64,000 nt of DNA from the human T2T-CHM13v2.0 reference genome, Homo sapiens (GCA_009914755.4 CP086569.2:6880001-6944000); one strand, 5' to 3'; shown: positions 13,140-30,000, numbered from the stretch's first letter. The notes: generated by a model not told the origin, from the letters alone. A program made the numbers and translations.

Positions 13140-13400
13140 GAAGACTCTTGTGTCTTTTCCTTCCTTCCTTGCTTGCTTCCTTCCTTCTTCTCTCCCTCCC
13201 TTTTCCTTCCTTCTTTTTCTTTTCTTCCTTCCTTTCTCCTTTTCTTTCTTTTTTGTTTCTTTCCTTCTCTCTTTCTTCCTTTCTCTCCCTTTCTTTCTTT
13301 CTTTCTTTTTCTTTCTTTTCTCTTTCCTTTCTTCCTTCTTTCCTTCCTTTCTCATTTCCTCTCTTCCTCTCTTTCTTTTCTCTCTCTCTGTCTCTCACCT
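13140..13400. repeat. Long polypyrimidine (CTTT/CCTT/TCTC)n tract, about 260 bp
   Basis: ccttccttgcttgcttccttccttcttctctccctcccttttccttccttctttttcttttcttcc... Generates the K/E/R-rich (minus) and S/F/L-rich (plus) spurious ORFs at 13095-13612. Confidence 0.95.
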
Positions 13401-13615
13401 CGACCTCCCTGCTCGAGATGTCTTTGAACCTCCACCTGCTGAGTAGGTGGGACTACAGTCATGTGCCACCATGCCTGGCTCATTTTTGTATTTTTTGTAA
13501 AGATGAGGTGTCATTACATTGCCCAGGCTGGTCTCAAACTCCTGGGCTCAAGCAATCCTCCCACCTTGGCCTCCTAAATTTCTGGGATTATAACATGAGC
13601 CACTGTGTCTAGCTA
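13400..13615 (-). mobile_element. Alu, 3'-truncated or overlaid by the polypyrimidine tract
   Basis: ctgctgagtaggtgggactacagtcatgtgccaccatgcctggctcatttttgtattttttgtaaagatgaggtgtcattacattgcccaggctggtctcaaactcctgggctcaagcaatcctcccaccttggcctcc. Confidence 0.8.
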
Positions 13616-13715
13616 AGACTATCATTTCTTACCAAGACCTGATAGTATGTCTTATTTTGGTTATTAGTTAAATTTTAGGTTATTCCATTAATACATGAAA
13701 ATAATTAAAATGGAT

Positions 13716-13990
13716 GGCCATGTGCAGTTGCTCACATCTGTAGTCTCAGCATTTTGGGAGGCTGAAGTGGGTACATTGCTTGAGCCCAAGAGTTCAAGAT
13801 CAGCCTGGACAATATAGCAAGACCTCATCTCTACAGAAATATTTTTAAAATAGCCAGGTGTGGTGGTGCATGCCTGTAGTCTCAACTACTGAGGAGGCTG
13901 AAGTGGGAGGACCATCTGTGCCCAGGAGGTACAGGCTGCACTCCAGCCTGGGTGACAGAGTAAGACCCTGTCTCAAAAATAAATAAATAA
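13716..13990 (+). mobile_element. Alu with (AAAT)n tail
   Basis: ggccatgtgcagttgctcacatctgtagtctcagcattttgggaggctgaagtggg...ctccagcctgggtgacagagtaagaccctgtctcaaaaataaataaataaat. Confidence 0.9.
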
Positions 13991-14627
13991 ATGGACACAC
14001 CAAATAATAAGTGGGTTCATTCTTAAAAGGACAAGATATTTTAAATTAGCTTCACATGATATGAAGTCTAGTTTTGTTCTTGTGTAGAGAAAGGTCAAAG
14101 TTAACACCTTTGAGAGATGTCCACTGGTATATAGTATGTGTTGCTTCACAAAGCCAGGGGGCCACGGGAGAGAAATGTAAAAAGAAAAAAAAAAATAAGC
14201 TGGTTCTCTACTATCCTATCACTAACTGTAATTCTGTATTTTCTTCATGAATATTTCTGTTCCTGGTCTGTTCCAGTTCTGAAATTCTGATTAACTTCTT
14301 GATGCAATCACGTGATATCAAAATTGCTGAAAAAGTCCCACCACTACAGTGTAAATAAATCAGCTAGTAGAATTATTTTCTTTTCCTTTCACGCTTGGAA
14401 GACTATATCATATTTTGTACAGTTCAAGAATAATAGAACAAACACTCATGTACAGTGCAATTTAGATCAAAACATGCATCCCATACCTTAAAAGTGTCTT
14501 CTGTGCCTCTTTCAAACAAAAATTTATGTTAACTATTTGTTATTCAACAATTTTATATATAGTTTAGTGATGTGTCTCATCTGTACACTGTATATTATGT
14601 TGTCCATGTGTGCTTTTGTTTTGTGTT

Positions 14628-14778
14628 GTTTTTTAGAGATAGGGTCTTACTCTCTTCCCCAGCCTGGAGTACAATGGTGCAATCATGGCTCACTGCAGCC
14701 TCAAAGTCCTGGGCTCAAGCGATCCTCCCATTTTAACCTCTCAAGTAGCTGGTACTATAGGCAATACCACCATGTCAG
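14628..14778 (-). mobile_element. Alu fragment
   Basis: agagatagggtcttactctcttccccagcctggagtacaatggtgcaatcatggctcactgcagcctcaaagtcctgggctcaagcgatcctccc...caagtagctggtactataggc. Confidence 0.75.
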
Positions 14779-14869
14779 GATAATATTTTTATTTTTATAT
14801 ACTCATAGCATTTTTTTTTTTTAATTTTATTCATCATGAGTAAGGCTGAGTATCTTTTCACTTGTTTGA

Positions 14870-15165
<296 letters not shown>

Positions 15166-15599
15166 GTGTGTTTTTTTTAATAGATTTTATTTTTTAGAGC
15201 AGTTTTAGATTGACAGCAAAATTGAGAGGAAGGTACAGAGAGTTCCATGGACCCCCTACCCTGAACATGCATCACCTCCCCTGCTGTCTGTAGCAGCTGA
15301 TGAACCGGCATTGACACATCATTGACACCAGAGCCCATCGTTAACCTTCGGGTTCACGCTTGGTGGCGGACATTCTGTGGGTTTGGATAAATGTATAATA
15401 GCATGGATATACCATTATAGTGTCACACAGAGGAGTTTCACTACACTAAAAATCCTCTATACTGCGCCTATTCATTCCTACATCCTGGCAACCACTGATC
15501 TTTTTACTGTCTCCTTAGTTTTGCCTTTTCTGGAATGTTCTGCAGTTAGAATTGCATGTAGCCTTTTCAGATTGTCTCCTTTCACTTAGTAATGTCTGA

Positions 15600-15680
15600 C
15601 TTATAGCTCATTTCTTTCCTTCCTTCCCTTCCTCCCTCCCTTCGTTCCTTCCTTCCTTTCCTTCTTTCCTTCTTTCTTTC
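15600..15680. repeat. (TTCC)n-like polypyrimidine microsatellite
   Basis: ttccttccttcccttcctccctcccttcgttccttccttcctttccttctttccttctttctttcc. Confidence 0.9.
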
Positions 15681-15681
15681 C

Positions 15682-15958
15682 ACAGAGTCTCGCTCCATTG
15701 GCCAGGCTGGAGTGTAGTGGTGGAATAATAGCTCACTGCAGCCTTGACCTCCTACACTTAAGCAATCCTCTTATCTCAGCCTCCTCAGTAGCTGGGACTA
15801 CAGGTACACACTACCACAACCAGCTAATTTTTAAATTTTTTGTAAAAACAGGATCTCACTATGTTGCCCAGGCTAATCTTTAATTCCTGGGCTTAAGGGA
15901 TTGTCCCTTGGCCTCCCAAAGTGCTGGCACTACAGGCACAAGCCACCACATCTAACCC
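15682..15958 (-). mobile_element. Alu
   Basis: cacagagtctcgctccattggccaggctggagtgtagtggtggaataatagctcactgcagcc...cctcccaaagtgctggcactacaggcacaagccaccacatctaacc. Confidence 0.85.
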
Positions 15959-16129
15959 TTATTTATTTATTTTTTTATTATATTTTTTCTCATTCTTGCT
16001 GCCATCTTACTCATTTATTTTTAGTGCTGAATGATATTCCATTACCTGGATGCATAGCGGTCTATTTGTCTATTCACCTACTGAAAGATGTCTTCCTTGC
16101 CTCTAAGTTTTGACGATGATAAACAAGGC

Positions 16130-16620
16130 TGTTGTAAACATCCATGTGCCAGTTTTCGTATGGACACAAGTTTTCAACTTTTTTGGGTAACCATTGAGAG
16201 TGATTGCTGGATCATATGCCAGGACATATTTAGTTTTGTAAGAAACTGCTGAACTGTCTTCCAAAGTGACTGCACCATTTTACATTCCCACCAGCCATGA
16301 ATGGGCATTCCTGTTGCTCCAGGACCATACCAGCCTTTGGTGATGTCAGTGTTCTGGCTTTTGGCCATTCTCACAGATGTGTATTGGTATCTCATTGTTG
16401 TTTTAATTTGTATTTCCCCACTTTGTTTGTTTTTGGTCTTTGTATAAACATTGTGACATTGCACGGAGTTTTGTTTTTTCAAGCTGTCTATTTCCTTTGA
16501 CATTGTTTCTGAGAATTATGCCACTGAAGTGGTAGCTGTATTCCACGCTTGTTCTTTGCTGCATATTACTTCATGGTCTGAATATCCCACATTTTTTAAA
16601 AATCATGAACATTTGGATTG
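16130..16620 (+). mobile_element. Ancient LINE-1 3'-end fragment (L1M-like)
   Basis: ...ccaaagtgactgcaccattttacattcccaccagccatgaatgggcattcctgttgctccaggaccataccagcctttggtgatgtcagtgttctggcttttggccattctcacagatgtgtattggtatctcattgttgttttaatttgtatttcc. The old-L1 3' block is conserved but diverged. Confidence 0.6.
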
Positions 16621-16621
16621 T

Positions 16622-16985
16622 TTCCCATTGATATGGTTTGGCTGTATCCCTACTAAAATCTCATCTGGAATTGTAGTTCCCATAATTCCTGTGTGTTGGG
16701 GGAGGAAGCCAGTGGGAGATAACTGAATCATGGAGGCAGTTTCTCCTACACTGTTCTCATTGTAATGAATAAGTCTTAAGATATCTGATGGTTTTATAAG
16801 GGAAAAGCCTTTTACTTGGCTCTCATTCTCTCTTGCTTGCCACCATGTAAGATGTGACTTTTGCCTTCCACCAAGATTGTGAGGCCTCCCCAGCCATATG
16901 GAACTGTGAATCCAGTAAACCTTTTTTTCTTTATAAATTACCCAGTCTTGGATATGTCTTTATCTGTAGCATGGAAGTGGAATAA
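16622..16985 (+). mobile_element. MaLR LTR (THE1-like), full-length solo LTR
   Basis: gatatggtttggctgtatccctactaaaatctcatctggaattgtagttcccataattcctgtgtgttgggggaggaagccagtgggagataactgaatcatggagg...ccatatggaactgtgaatccagtaaacctttttttctttataaattacccagtcttggatatgtctttatctgtagcatggaagtggaataatacaacc. Confidence 0.85.
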
Positions 16986-17394
16986 TACAACCACCTTCTA
17001 ATACTATAAGCAATGACATTATAAGCAAGTTAATTTCATGTATATTTCTTACTACTCATTTGTATAATCTTTTGTATGGTAAGAAGCCAGAGTGGAACCG
17101 CTGTCTCATTTCCAAGTCCTCATCTTTACTAAGTAATTCCACGTGGTTTTTCAAAGCAGCAGCAATACTTTCCACATCTGCCAGCAGAGTATACATTCCA
17201 TTGCATCTCTCTCTGCTCAGCTTTGATACTGGGAGATAGCAATTGTCGTTTTAACTTTCCTTCCCTGACTGCTACTGAAGCTGAGCAGCTTTCATTTGTT
17301 ACTTTGTAATTTAGATTTCCTCTTCTGAATGTTCCTCCTTGAATTGTTCTTGATTTTTTAATATTACTTAATTTTATGTATTTATTTATTTAAT

Positions 17395-17640
17395 TTATTC
17401 TCACTCAGGCTACAGTGCAGTGGAATAATCATAGCTCACTGTAGCCTCGACCTCCAGAGTCAAGCAATCTTCCCACCTCAGCCTCTCAAGTAGGTGGGAC
17501 TACAGGCACATGCCACCACACCTAGTAATTTTTGTATTTTTTTTTTTTTTTTGTAGAGATGAGGCCTTTCTATGTTGCCCAAACTAGTCTCAAATCTCTG
17601 GGCTCAAGCAATCCACCCACCTCAGCCTCCCAAAGGCATC
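17395..17640 (-). mobile_element. Alu
   Basis: tctcactcaggctacagtgcagtggaataatcatagctcactgtagcctcgacctccagagtcaagcaatcttcccacctcagcctctcaagtaggtgggactacaggcacatgccaccacacctag... Confidence 0.85.
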
Positions 17641-17838
17641 AGGTACCATGCCCCACATGTTCCTGACTTTAAAGAGACCACATTTAACATCCTACTCTTT
17701 AGTATGACATGCATTTTTCCATAGAAAGCTTTTATTAGATTAAGGAAGTTTGTATTTATTCCTAGTTTGTTAAATCCTAAATGGGTGTTCAATTTTATCA
17801 CAGCTACTTACTGCATCAATTGAAATAAGAAATATTTT

Positions 17839-18150
<312 letters not shown>

Positions 18151-18469
18151 TTAATTTGTAGATATTTAAAGTACAATCATAGATTGTCTATTGTTGAAAC
18201 TTGCTTAACATTTGTACCTCACAAAGGATGAGACTGGTCTATAACTTCTTTTCCCATGCTTTCTTTGTTGTGTTTGCTGAGTTTGAATATCAGATTATTC
18301 TTGGCCTCAAAATAGTTTGCAGATATTGTTTCTTTTTGTTTTGTCTGGAGGAATTTAAATAATACTTGAATTTACTGCTGCCTGATAATACCAGATAGGT
18401 CTAGCATTTTCTTGGTGAGAAGTTTTTTAACCACTCACTCAATGTATTAAATTTCTTCATTTTATCTTA

Positions 18470-18810
18470 CTTTAAGTTCTAGGATACATGTGCAGAACAT
18501 GCAGGTTTGTTACATAGGTATACATGTGCCATGGTGGTTTGCTCACCTATCAACCTGTCTTCTATGTTTTAAGCCCCACGTGCATCAGGTATTTGTTCTA
18601 ATGCTCTTACTCTGCTTGCTGCCCACCTCCCAACAGGCCCTAGTGTGTGATGTTCCTCTCCCAACATCCAGGTGTTCTCACTGTTCAACTCCCACTTATG
18701 AGTGAGAACATGTGGTGTTTGGTTTTCTGTTTCTGTGTTAGTTTGCTGAGAATGATAGCTTCCAGCTTCATCTATGTCCCTACGAAGGACATGATCTTGT
18801 GTCTGGAATT
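18470..18810 (-). mobile_element. LINE-1 3'-end fragment (L1PA/L1PB-type)
   Basis: ttctaggatacatgtgcagaacatgcaggtttgttacataggtatacatgtgccatggtggtttgctcacctatcaacctgtc...gtgagaacatgtggtgtttggttttctgtttctgtgttagtttgctgagaatgatagcttccagcttcatctatgtccctacgaaggacatgatcttgtg. Confidence 0.9.
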
Positions 18811-18811
18811 T

Positions 18812-19545
18812 ATTTCTTCTGGTGGGTTCTTGGTCTCACTGACTTCAAGAATGAAGCCGTGGACCCTCCCGGTGAGTGCTACAGTTCTTAAAGATGGTGT
18901 GTCCATAGTTTGTTCCTTCAGATGTTCAGATGTGTCTGGATTTTCTTCCTTCTGGAGGGTTTGTGGTCTTTCTGACTTCAGGAGTGAAGCTGCAGACCTT
19001 CACAATAAGTGTTACAGCTCTTAAAGGTGGTGCGTATGGAGTTGTGTGTTCCTCCGGGGTGGGTTTGTGGTCTCGCTGACTTCAGGAATGAAGCCGCAGA
19101 CCCTTTTGGTGAGTGTTATAGCTCATAAAGGTGGCACGGACCCAAAGAGTGAGCAGCAGCAAGATTTGTTGTGAAGAACAAAAGAATAAGCTTCAACGGT
19201 GTGGAAGGGCACCCGAGCAGGTTGTGGCTGTTAGCTCAGGTGGCCAGCTTTTATTCCCTTATTTGGCCCCGCCCACATCCTGCTTATTGGTCCATTTACA
19301 GAGTGCTGACTGGTGTGTTTACAATCCTTTAGCTAGACACAGAACGCTGATTGGTGTGTTTTTACAGAGTCCTGATTGGTGCATTTACAAGCCTTTAGCT
19401 AGACATAGAGTGCTGATTGGTGCATTTTTACACAGTGTTGATTGGTGCATTTCCATTCCTTTAGCTAGACAGAAAAGTTCTCCAAGTCCCCAGTCGACCC
19501 AGGAAGTCCAGCTCACTTCACCTCTCAATCTCATTATTTTTATGG
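18812..19545 (+). mobile_element. LTR12 (ERV9 LTR), 5' portion only: U3 with tandem CCAAT-box repeats; the GC-rich 3' half is missing
   Basis: ggtgggttcttggtctcactgacttcaagaatgaagccgtggaccctcccggtgagtgctacagttcttaaag...gacccaaagagtgagcagcagcaagatttgttgtgaagaacaaaagaataagcttcaacggtgtggaagggcacccgagcaggttg...cccgcccacatcctgcttattggtccatttacagagtgctgactggtgtgtttacaatcctttagctagacacagaacgctgattggtg... About 5 ATTGG/CCAAT-containing units of about 40 bp each. Confidence 0.85.
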
Positions 19546-19658
19546 CTGCAACTGTATTAAATTTCTACAATACCATTTGGATATTGTATATTTACTTGAG
19601 TCAGTTTTGGTAAAATATACTGTTCCATAAATATGTTCATTATATCTGAAGTTTTTAA

Positions 19659-19994
<336 letters not shown>

Positions 19995-20253
19995 TAGTAT
20001 CATCTTATTTTCTTTATAAACTCAGCTACATCTGGAGTCATATTTCTTTTTTCTTCTTAATATTATTCATTGGCATATTCTGTTTCTTTTTATTTGCAAT
20101 CTTAGCAGATTTTATTCATTGTACTCTTTTTATTGCAGTTATTTTTAATGTTATTACAAACTAAAATTTGATTTAAAGTAAAATGAAGTTTATTAAAATT
20201 AAATATTAATAGGAAATAAAATTAAACTAATTATATCCAAAATACATAAAATT

Positions 20254-20520
20254 GGCCAGGCATGGTGGCTCACACCTGTAATCCCAGCACTTTAGGAGGC
20301 TGAGGTGGCAGATCAATAGATGTCACGCATTCCAGACCAGCCTGACCAACATGGTGAAACCCTGTCTCTACTAAAACTACAAAAATTAGCCAGGAATGGT
20401 GGCAGGCACCTATAATTCCAGCTACTCAGGAGGCTGAGGCAGGAGGCAGAGGTTGTAGTGAGCTGAGAACAGGCCATTGAGCTCCAGCCTGGGTGACAAA
20501 GCAAGACTGTTTCAATAAAT
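20254..20520 (+). mobile_element. Alu, followed by A/T-rich low complexity to about 20700
   Basis: ggccaggcatggtggctcacacctgtaatcccagcactttaggaggctgaggtggcagatcaatag...gagctccagcctgggtgacaaagcaagactgtttcaataaataaataaaaataaatac. Confidence 0.85.
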
Positions 20521-22106
20521 AAATAAAAATAAATACATACATAAATACATAAAATTAACTAATAAATGAAATAATAAAATAGTAATATAATAAAATAATT
20601 AAATATAATTAAACTAATTTTATTTAAATGAATATTTAAAAGAAGCAATTAAATGCTTAAATGCTTTTCAACACTTAAAAGAGGCGATTCTACTAAAATT
20701 AATTTCACTAAAATTAAAAAGATTTCTAACTTCAGCTACTTCCATCTTCTCTCATTTTCTTCTCTAATTTGTGAATTCTACTGGTTTTCACTTATTTCCT
20801 TCTACTGTTCTGTGTAATTCTGCTGTTCCTTTTCTAACTTCTTGAGTGGGACGCTTAGCATACTTTTCTGTGCCATTTCTTCTCCTTTAGGATAAGCGTG
20901 TTACTGAAGTTTTCAAGTACCTCTAGTGACGCATCCGCTGCATCCCACGGCTTCTGAGCTGCGCATTTGAGTTCCAAGGAGTCACGAAGGCAGCTTGAAA
21001 ACGTTTTCTTGGGAAATGGAAACTGTCTGTGTCAATACAATGGGCGCTGGGCAGAAAAGAGAAAACTTCTCCATGTGGGAAAGCTACTCTGTTCTCCTCC
21101 ATTCTCTGCAGTGAATTTGGAAAGAACTGACATTTTGTCTACTTTTAGGAAAGTATCCATGCACTGGAGAGCTGGAAGCAAGAGCGAGATGTCCCCAGAT
21201 CCTAAACAGGGAATCCAGCCATTTGCTGAAGACAAAAACAGGCCCGCGGAAGTGAGTCCCTTTGACCTTGTACTCAAAGTATCTCCAACCACATGGGTAA
21301 AAGACCAAACATGGCACAAACAATCCCATGTGGGAAGACCGCTCCAAGGGGCAGAAGTCACCAGGCCTGAATTTTTGAACGCGGTTTATTCTCTGACTGT
21401 TCCCCCTGCATCCCAGGCTCTTCTGCGCAGAGGACGGGGTGCATGGCCTGTGCTGGCTTGGAGGAGGAGGGGGCTGGGGCAGAGAGCCCTGGGGAAGGGC
21501 TATAGGCAGAGAACCCCAGCTCAAAGGTGGTAGGTACCCAGGTCTGCTCTCCCCGAGGGAGAGGAGTGGGAGGGTCTTGCCAGCCTGAGAAAACACTGGC
21601 TTTGTCTTTTTGGCAGAACAAAGACTTCTTTCAGAGAAGACTGACTGATTGGCCTAATTCCTTCTCATCTGTGTGTGCAGCTGGCCCTCAATATCCTCAT
21701 GGAGTTGGTTCTCGGACTTCCACTGATATCAAAATCCAAGGATGCTCAAGCCCCTTGTAGCAAACGATGCAGTATTTGCATATCACCCAGGCATATCTTC
21801 CCATACACTTTAAGCCATCTCTACTTATAATACCTAATACAGTGTAACTGTTTTGTCAATTTTTTTTTAACTCCACCAAATATTCTAGTTAATTTTTTTT
21901 TATTATACTTTAAGTTTTAGGGTACATGTGCACATTGTGCAAGTTAGTTACATATGTATACATGTGCCATGCTGGTGCGCTGCACCCACTAACTGGTCAT
22001 CTAGCATTAGGTATATAACCCAATGCTATCCCTCCCCCCTCTCCCAACACCACCACAGTCCCCAGAGTGTGATATTCCCCTTCCTGTGTCCATGTGATCT
22101 CATTGT

Positions 22107-25920
<3,814 letters not shown>

Positions 25921-25984
25921 TTATGATGTTAGCTGGTGATTTTGCTTGTTAGTTGATGCAATTTCTTCCTAGTCTCCATGGTCT

Positions 25985-26899
25985 TTACATTTTGGCATGA
26001 TTTTGCAGCACCTGGTACTGGTTGTTCCTTTCCATGTTTAGCGCTTCCTTCAGGAGCTCTTTTAGGGCAGGCCTGGTGGTGACAAAATCTCTCAGCATTT
26101 GCTTGTCTGTAAAGTATTTTATTTCTCCTTCACTTATGAAGCTTAGTTTGGCTGGATATGAAATTCTGGGTTGAAAATTCTTTTCTTTAAGAATGTTGAA
26201 TATTGGCCCCCACTCTCTTCTGGCTTGTAGGGTTTCTGCCGAGAGATCCGCTGTTAGTCTGATGGGCTTCCCTTTGTGGGTAACCCGACCTTTCTCTCTG
26301 GCTGCCCTTAACATTTTTTCCTTCATTTCAACCTTGGTGACTCTGACAATTATGTGTCTTGGAGTTGCTCTTCTCGAGGAGTATCTTTGTGGCGTTCTCT
26401 GTATTTCCTGAATCTGAAAGTTGGCCTGCCTTGCTAGATTGGGGAAGTTCTCCTGGATAATATCCTGCAGAGTGTTTTCCAACTTGGTTCCATTCTCCCC
26501 ATCACTTTCAGGTACACCAATCAGATGTAGATTTGGTCTTTTCACATAGTCCCATATTTCTTGGAGGCTTTGCTCATTTCTTTTCATTCTTTTTTCTCTA
26601 AACTTCCCTTCTCGCTTCATTTCATTCATTTCATCTTCCATTGCTGATACCCTTTCTTCCAGTTGATCGCATCGGCTCCTGAGGCTTCTGCATTCTTCAC
26701 GTAGTTCTCGAGCCTTGGTTTTCAGCTCCATCAGCTCCTTTAAGCACTTCTCTGTATTGGTTATTCTAGTTATACATTCTTCTAAATTTTTTTCAAAGTT
26801 TTCAACTTCTTTGCCTTTGGTTTGAATGTCCTCCCGTAGCTCAGAGTAATTTGATCGTCTGAAGCCTTCTTCTCTCAGCTCGTCAAAGTCATTCTCCAT
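25985..26899 (-). pseudogene. L1 ORF1 (ORF1p, RNA-binding chaperone). An open 304-aa frame from an internal Met; the authentic N-terminal about 34 codons are frameshifted
   Basis: ORF MENDFDELREEGFRRSNYSELREDIQTKGKEVENFEKNLEE...ALNMERNNQYQVLQNHAKM is more than 95% identical to the human L1 ORF1p core. The upstream rc reads atggggaaaaaaacagaacagaaaaactggaaactctaa: a 7-A run versus the 6-A consensus, so M G K K T E Q K N W K L stop. Confidence 0.9.
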
Positions 26900-27854
26900 C
26901 CAGCTTTGTTCCGTTGCTGGTGAGGAACTGCGTTCCTTTGGAGGAGGAGAGGCGCTCTGCGTTTTAGAGTTTCCAGTTTTTCTGTTCTGTTTTTTTCCCC
27001 ATCTTTGTGGTTTTATTTTCTTTTGGTCTTTGATGATGGTGATGTACAGATGGGTTTTTGGTGTGGATGTCCTTTCTGTTTGTTAGTTTTCCTTCTAACA
27101 GACAGGACCCTCAGTTGCAGGTCTGTTGGAATACCTTGCCGTGAGAGGTGTCAGTGTGCCCCTGCTGGGGGGTGCCTCCCAGTTAGGCTGCTCGGGGGTC
27201 AGGGGTCAGGGACCCACTTGAGGAGGCAGTCTGCCCGTTCTCAGATCTCCAGCTGCATACTGGGAGAACCACTGCTCTCTTCAAAGGTGTCAGACAGGGA
27301 CATTTAAGTCTGCAGAGGTTACTGCTGTCTTTTTGCTTGTCTGTGCCCTGCCCCCAGAGGTGGAGCCTACAGAGGCCTGCAGGCCTCCTTGAGCTGTGGT
27401 GGGCTCCACCCAGTTCGAGCTTCCTGGCTGCTTTGTTTACCTAAGCAAGCCTGGGCAATGGCGGGCGCCCCTCCCCCAGCCTCGCTGCCGCCTTGCAGTT
27501 TGATCTCAGACTGCTGTGCTAGCAATCAGTGAGACTCCGTGGGCGTAGGACCCTCTGAGCCAGGTGTGGGTTATAATCTTGTGGTGCGCCGTTTTTTAAG
27601 CCCATCGGAAAAGCGCAGTATTTGGGTGGGAGTGACCCAATTTTCCAGGTGCCGTCCGTCACCCCTTTCTTTGACTAGGAAAGGGAACTCCCTGACCCCT
27701 TGCGCTTCCCAAGTGAGGCAATGCCTCGTCCTGCTTTGGCTGGTGCACGGTGTGCGCACCGGCTGACCTGCGCCCACTGTCTGGCACTCCCTAGTGAGAT
27801 GAACCCGGTACCTCAGATGGAAATGCAGAAATCACCCATCTTCTGCATTGTTTA

Positions 27855-28255
27855 TTTAGAGACAGGGTCTCACTGTCACACAGGCTGGAGTGCAGAGACA
27901 CCATCATAGCTCACTGCAGCCTCCAACTCCTGGACTCAAATGATCCTCCCCACTCAGCCTCCTGAGTAGCTGGGACTACAGCCACACATCACTACTTCTG
28001 GCTAATTTTTTAAAATTTAATTTTTGTACAGACAGGGTCTCACTATGTTCTCATGCCTCAGCCTCCCAAGAATCTGGGATTGCAGGTGTGTGCCACCATG
28101 CCTGGCTAAATTTTTTTCTGTGTGTGTATTTTTAGTAGAGACGGAGTTTTGCTATGTTGGCCAGGCTGGCCTCGAACTCATGACCTCAAGTGATCTGCCC
28201 ACCCCGGCCTCCCAAAGAGCTGGGATTACAGGCATGAGCCACCCCACCTGGCCAA
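27855..28255 (-). mobile_element. Alu sequences (composite or rearranged, two partial copies) immediately flanking the L1 5' end
   Basis: tgtttatttagagacagggtctcactgtcacacaggctggagtgcagagacaccatcatagctcactgcagcctccaactcc... and ...gtatttttagtagagacggagttttgctatgttggccaggctggcctcgaactcatgacctcaagtgatctgcccaccccggcctcccaaagagctgggattacaggcatgagccaccccacctggcc. Confidence 0.8.
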
Positions 28256-28547
28256 GCTTCAGGATTTTAAAGAATGGCATCACGGATTTCCACTGCCCCT
28301 TGACATAGCCCTATATTCACTTCTCATCCTCAACTCTCCAGCCCTCCGCTCTGTGAAGGCCAATCCTGGTGGTCTGCTGGGACTGAAGACTTTTCCCATC
28401 ACGTGGCCGAGATGACCTAGAATGTAAAATTGCCAAACGTGCCCACAACCATCTCCATGGGATCTGCAGCTTGCCTGATAGCTGGCCTCCAGCAACTCCA
28501 TGGAGGACCTGGGACTCCAGTTCCCACTAATATTCTGAATCTCTGCT

Positions 28548-28700
28548 GTATGCAGTGGTGCACGCCTATAATCCTCGCACTTTGGGAGGCTGAGGCAGGG
28601 GGATTCCTTGAGCGCAGGTATTCGAGGCTGCAGTGATCTGTGATCGCATCACTGCACTCCAGCCTGGGAGACCCTATTTCAAAAAAAAAAAAAAAAATCT
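28548..28700 (+). mobile_element. Alu fragment (left monomer plus partial right) with poly(A)
   Basis: gcagtggtgcacgcctataatcctcgcactttgggaggctgaggcagggggattccttgagcgcagg...gcactccagcctgggagaccctatttcaaaaaaaaaaaaaaaaa. Confidence 0.75.
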
Positions 28701-29212
28701 GAGTCTGACTCTTGTGTGGAAAATGAACTCTGATCATCCTTTGACTTTTTAACTTCCTTCATCTTGTGAGTAGTTGTCTCTGCAACTGTCTTCCTTAATA
28801 TCTGTCCTTAGCATCACTCACAAAGACACCCGCAAATGCCCTCTCTCCTTTCTACACCTCTAACTTTCACAAGTAGTTCCACCTGGAGGAAGCCCCATCT
28901 CCAGTTCTACAAATGATTCAAACTCTCTGCCTTTTGTGCAAATGAGCTGTATGCATTTCCCATGGCTGCCTTCACCAAGTATCATAGACTAGGTGAGCTC
29001 CACCTCAGAAACTTACTGTTCTTACAGTTCTGAGGCCAGAATAAGTCTGAGATCAAAGTGTCGGTGGGGTTGGTTCCTTCTGAAGGTTTGGCCCAGCACA
29101 GTAAGACCAAATATCTACTCCAAGGTTTGCAGCATAAGAAAGGAGGGCATGAATTTGTAGGGTGCCAAGCAAGGAGAATCATGCAGCTCACACTTAAGAC
29201 CTGACCTCCTAG

Positions 29213-29510
29213 CTTGGCAAGGCAGCTCATGTCTATAATTCCAGCATTTGGAAGGCCAAGGTGGGTGGATCACTTGAGCCCAGGAGTTTAAGACTAGCCT
29301 GGGCAACATACTAAGACCCTATCTCTACAAATCATTAAAAAATTAGCCGAGCATGATGGTACACTCCTGTAGTACCAGGTCCTCAGTAGAGTGAAGCAGG
29401 AGGATCACTTGAGCCTGGGAGGTCAAGGCTGTGGTGAGCCGTGATGGTGCCACTGCACTCCAGCCTGGGCAACACAGCAAGACTCTGTCTCAAAAAAAAA
29501 AAAAAAACCC
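29213..29510 (+). mobile_element. Alu, full length
   Basis: ggcaaggcagctcatgtctataattccagcatttggaaggccaaggtgggtggatcacttgagcccaggagtttaagactagcctgggcaac...ctccagcctgggcaacacagcaagactctgtctcaaaaaaaaaaaaaaaa. Confidence 0.9.
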
Positions 29511-29904
29511 ACTCTCCCCAGTGGATTACAGGTGAGGGTTTTTCAAGGTGGGAGCCAAAGGTTACAGGCAAAGTCATAAAGTAATTCATGAAGATTATAG
29601 AGTGGTTTGACCTAAAAAGGCAGAACATCTTGAAGCAAAGGGGACCCGCAGGACACAGGTAGATGCAAAGATCTCTGACTTGTGATAGGTTAAGGAAGGG
29701 AAATTTTGTTTAAAAGCTTGGAGTCAGCAGAAAAAACTATTAGCTCTGGTCTGTGGGCATAACTTCCTCCAGGTCCCTCAGGAAAGAATTTAGGACAAAG
29801 TACATTGGTAAGAGTTCAGTCCTCAGTTCCCCTTACCTGACAGCTATGCCAGCAGATCCGTTTGCTGGGGTCTGGGTTTCTAGAAAACAACTTGGGGAGG
29901 TATG

Positions 29905-30000
29905 CTAAAATTCCTTCCTTCCTTCCCTCCCTCCCTCACTCCCTGCTTCCTTCCTTCCTTCTTTCCTTCCCTCCTTCCCTTTCTCTCTTTCTCTCAACAG
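29905..30000. repeat. (TTCC/TCCC)n polypyrimidine microsatellite
   Basis: ttccttccttccttccctccctccctcactccctgcttccttccttccttctttccttccctccttccctttctctctttctctc. Confidence 0.9.

Noticed and set aside
13095-13612. ORFs encoding K/E/R-rich (minus) or S/F/L-rich (plus) peptides up to 154 aa
   Set aside because: Translations of the (CTTT/CCTT)n polypyrimidine microsatellite in all frames. Pure low complexity.
18812-19545. Regular about 40-bp direct repeats that superficially resemble a repeat-spacer array
   Set aside because: These are the well-known tandem CCAAT-box enhancer repeats of the ERV9 LTR12 U3 region. The sequence context is primate retroelement, not CRISPR.
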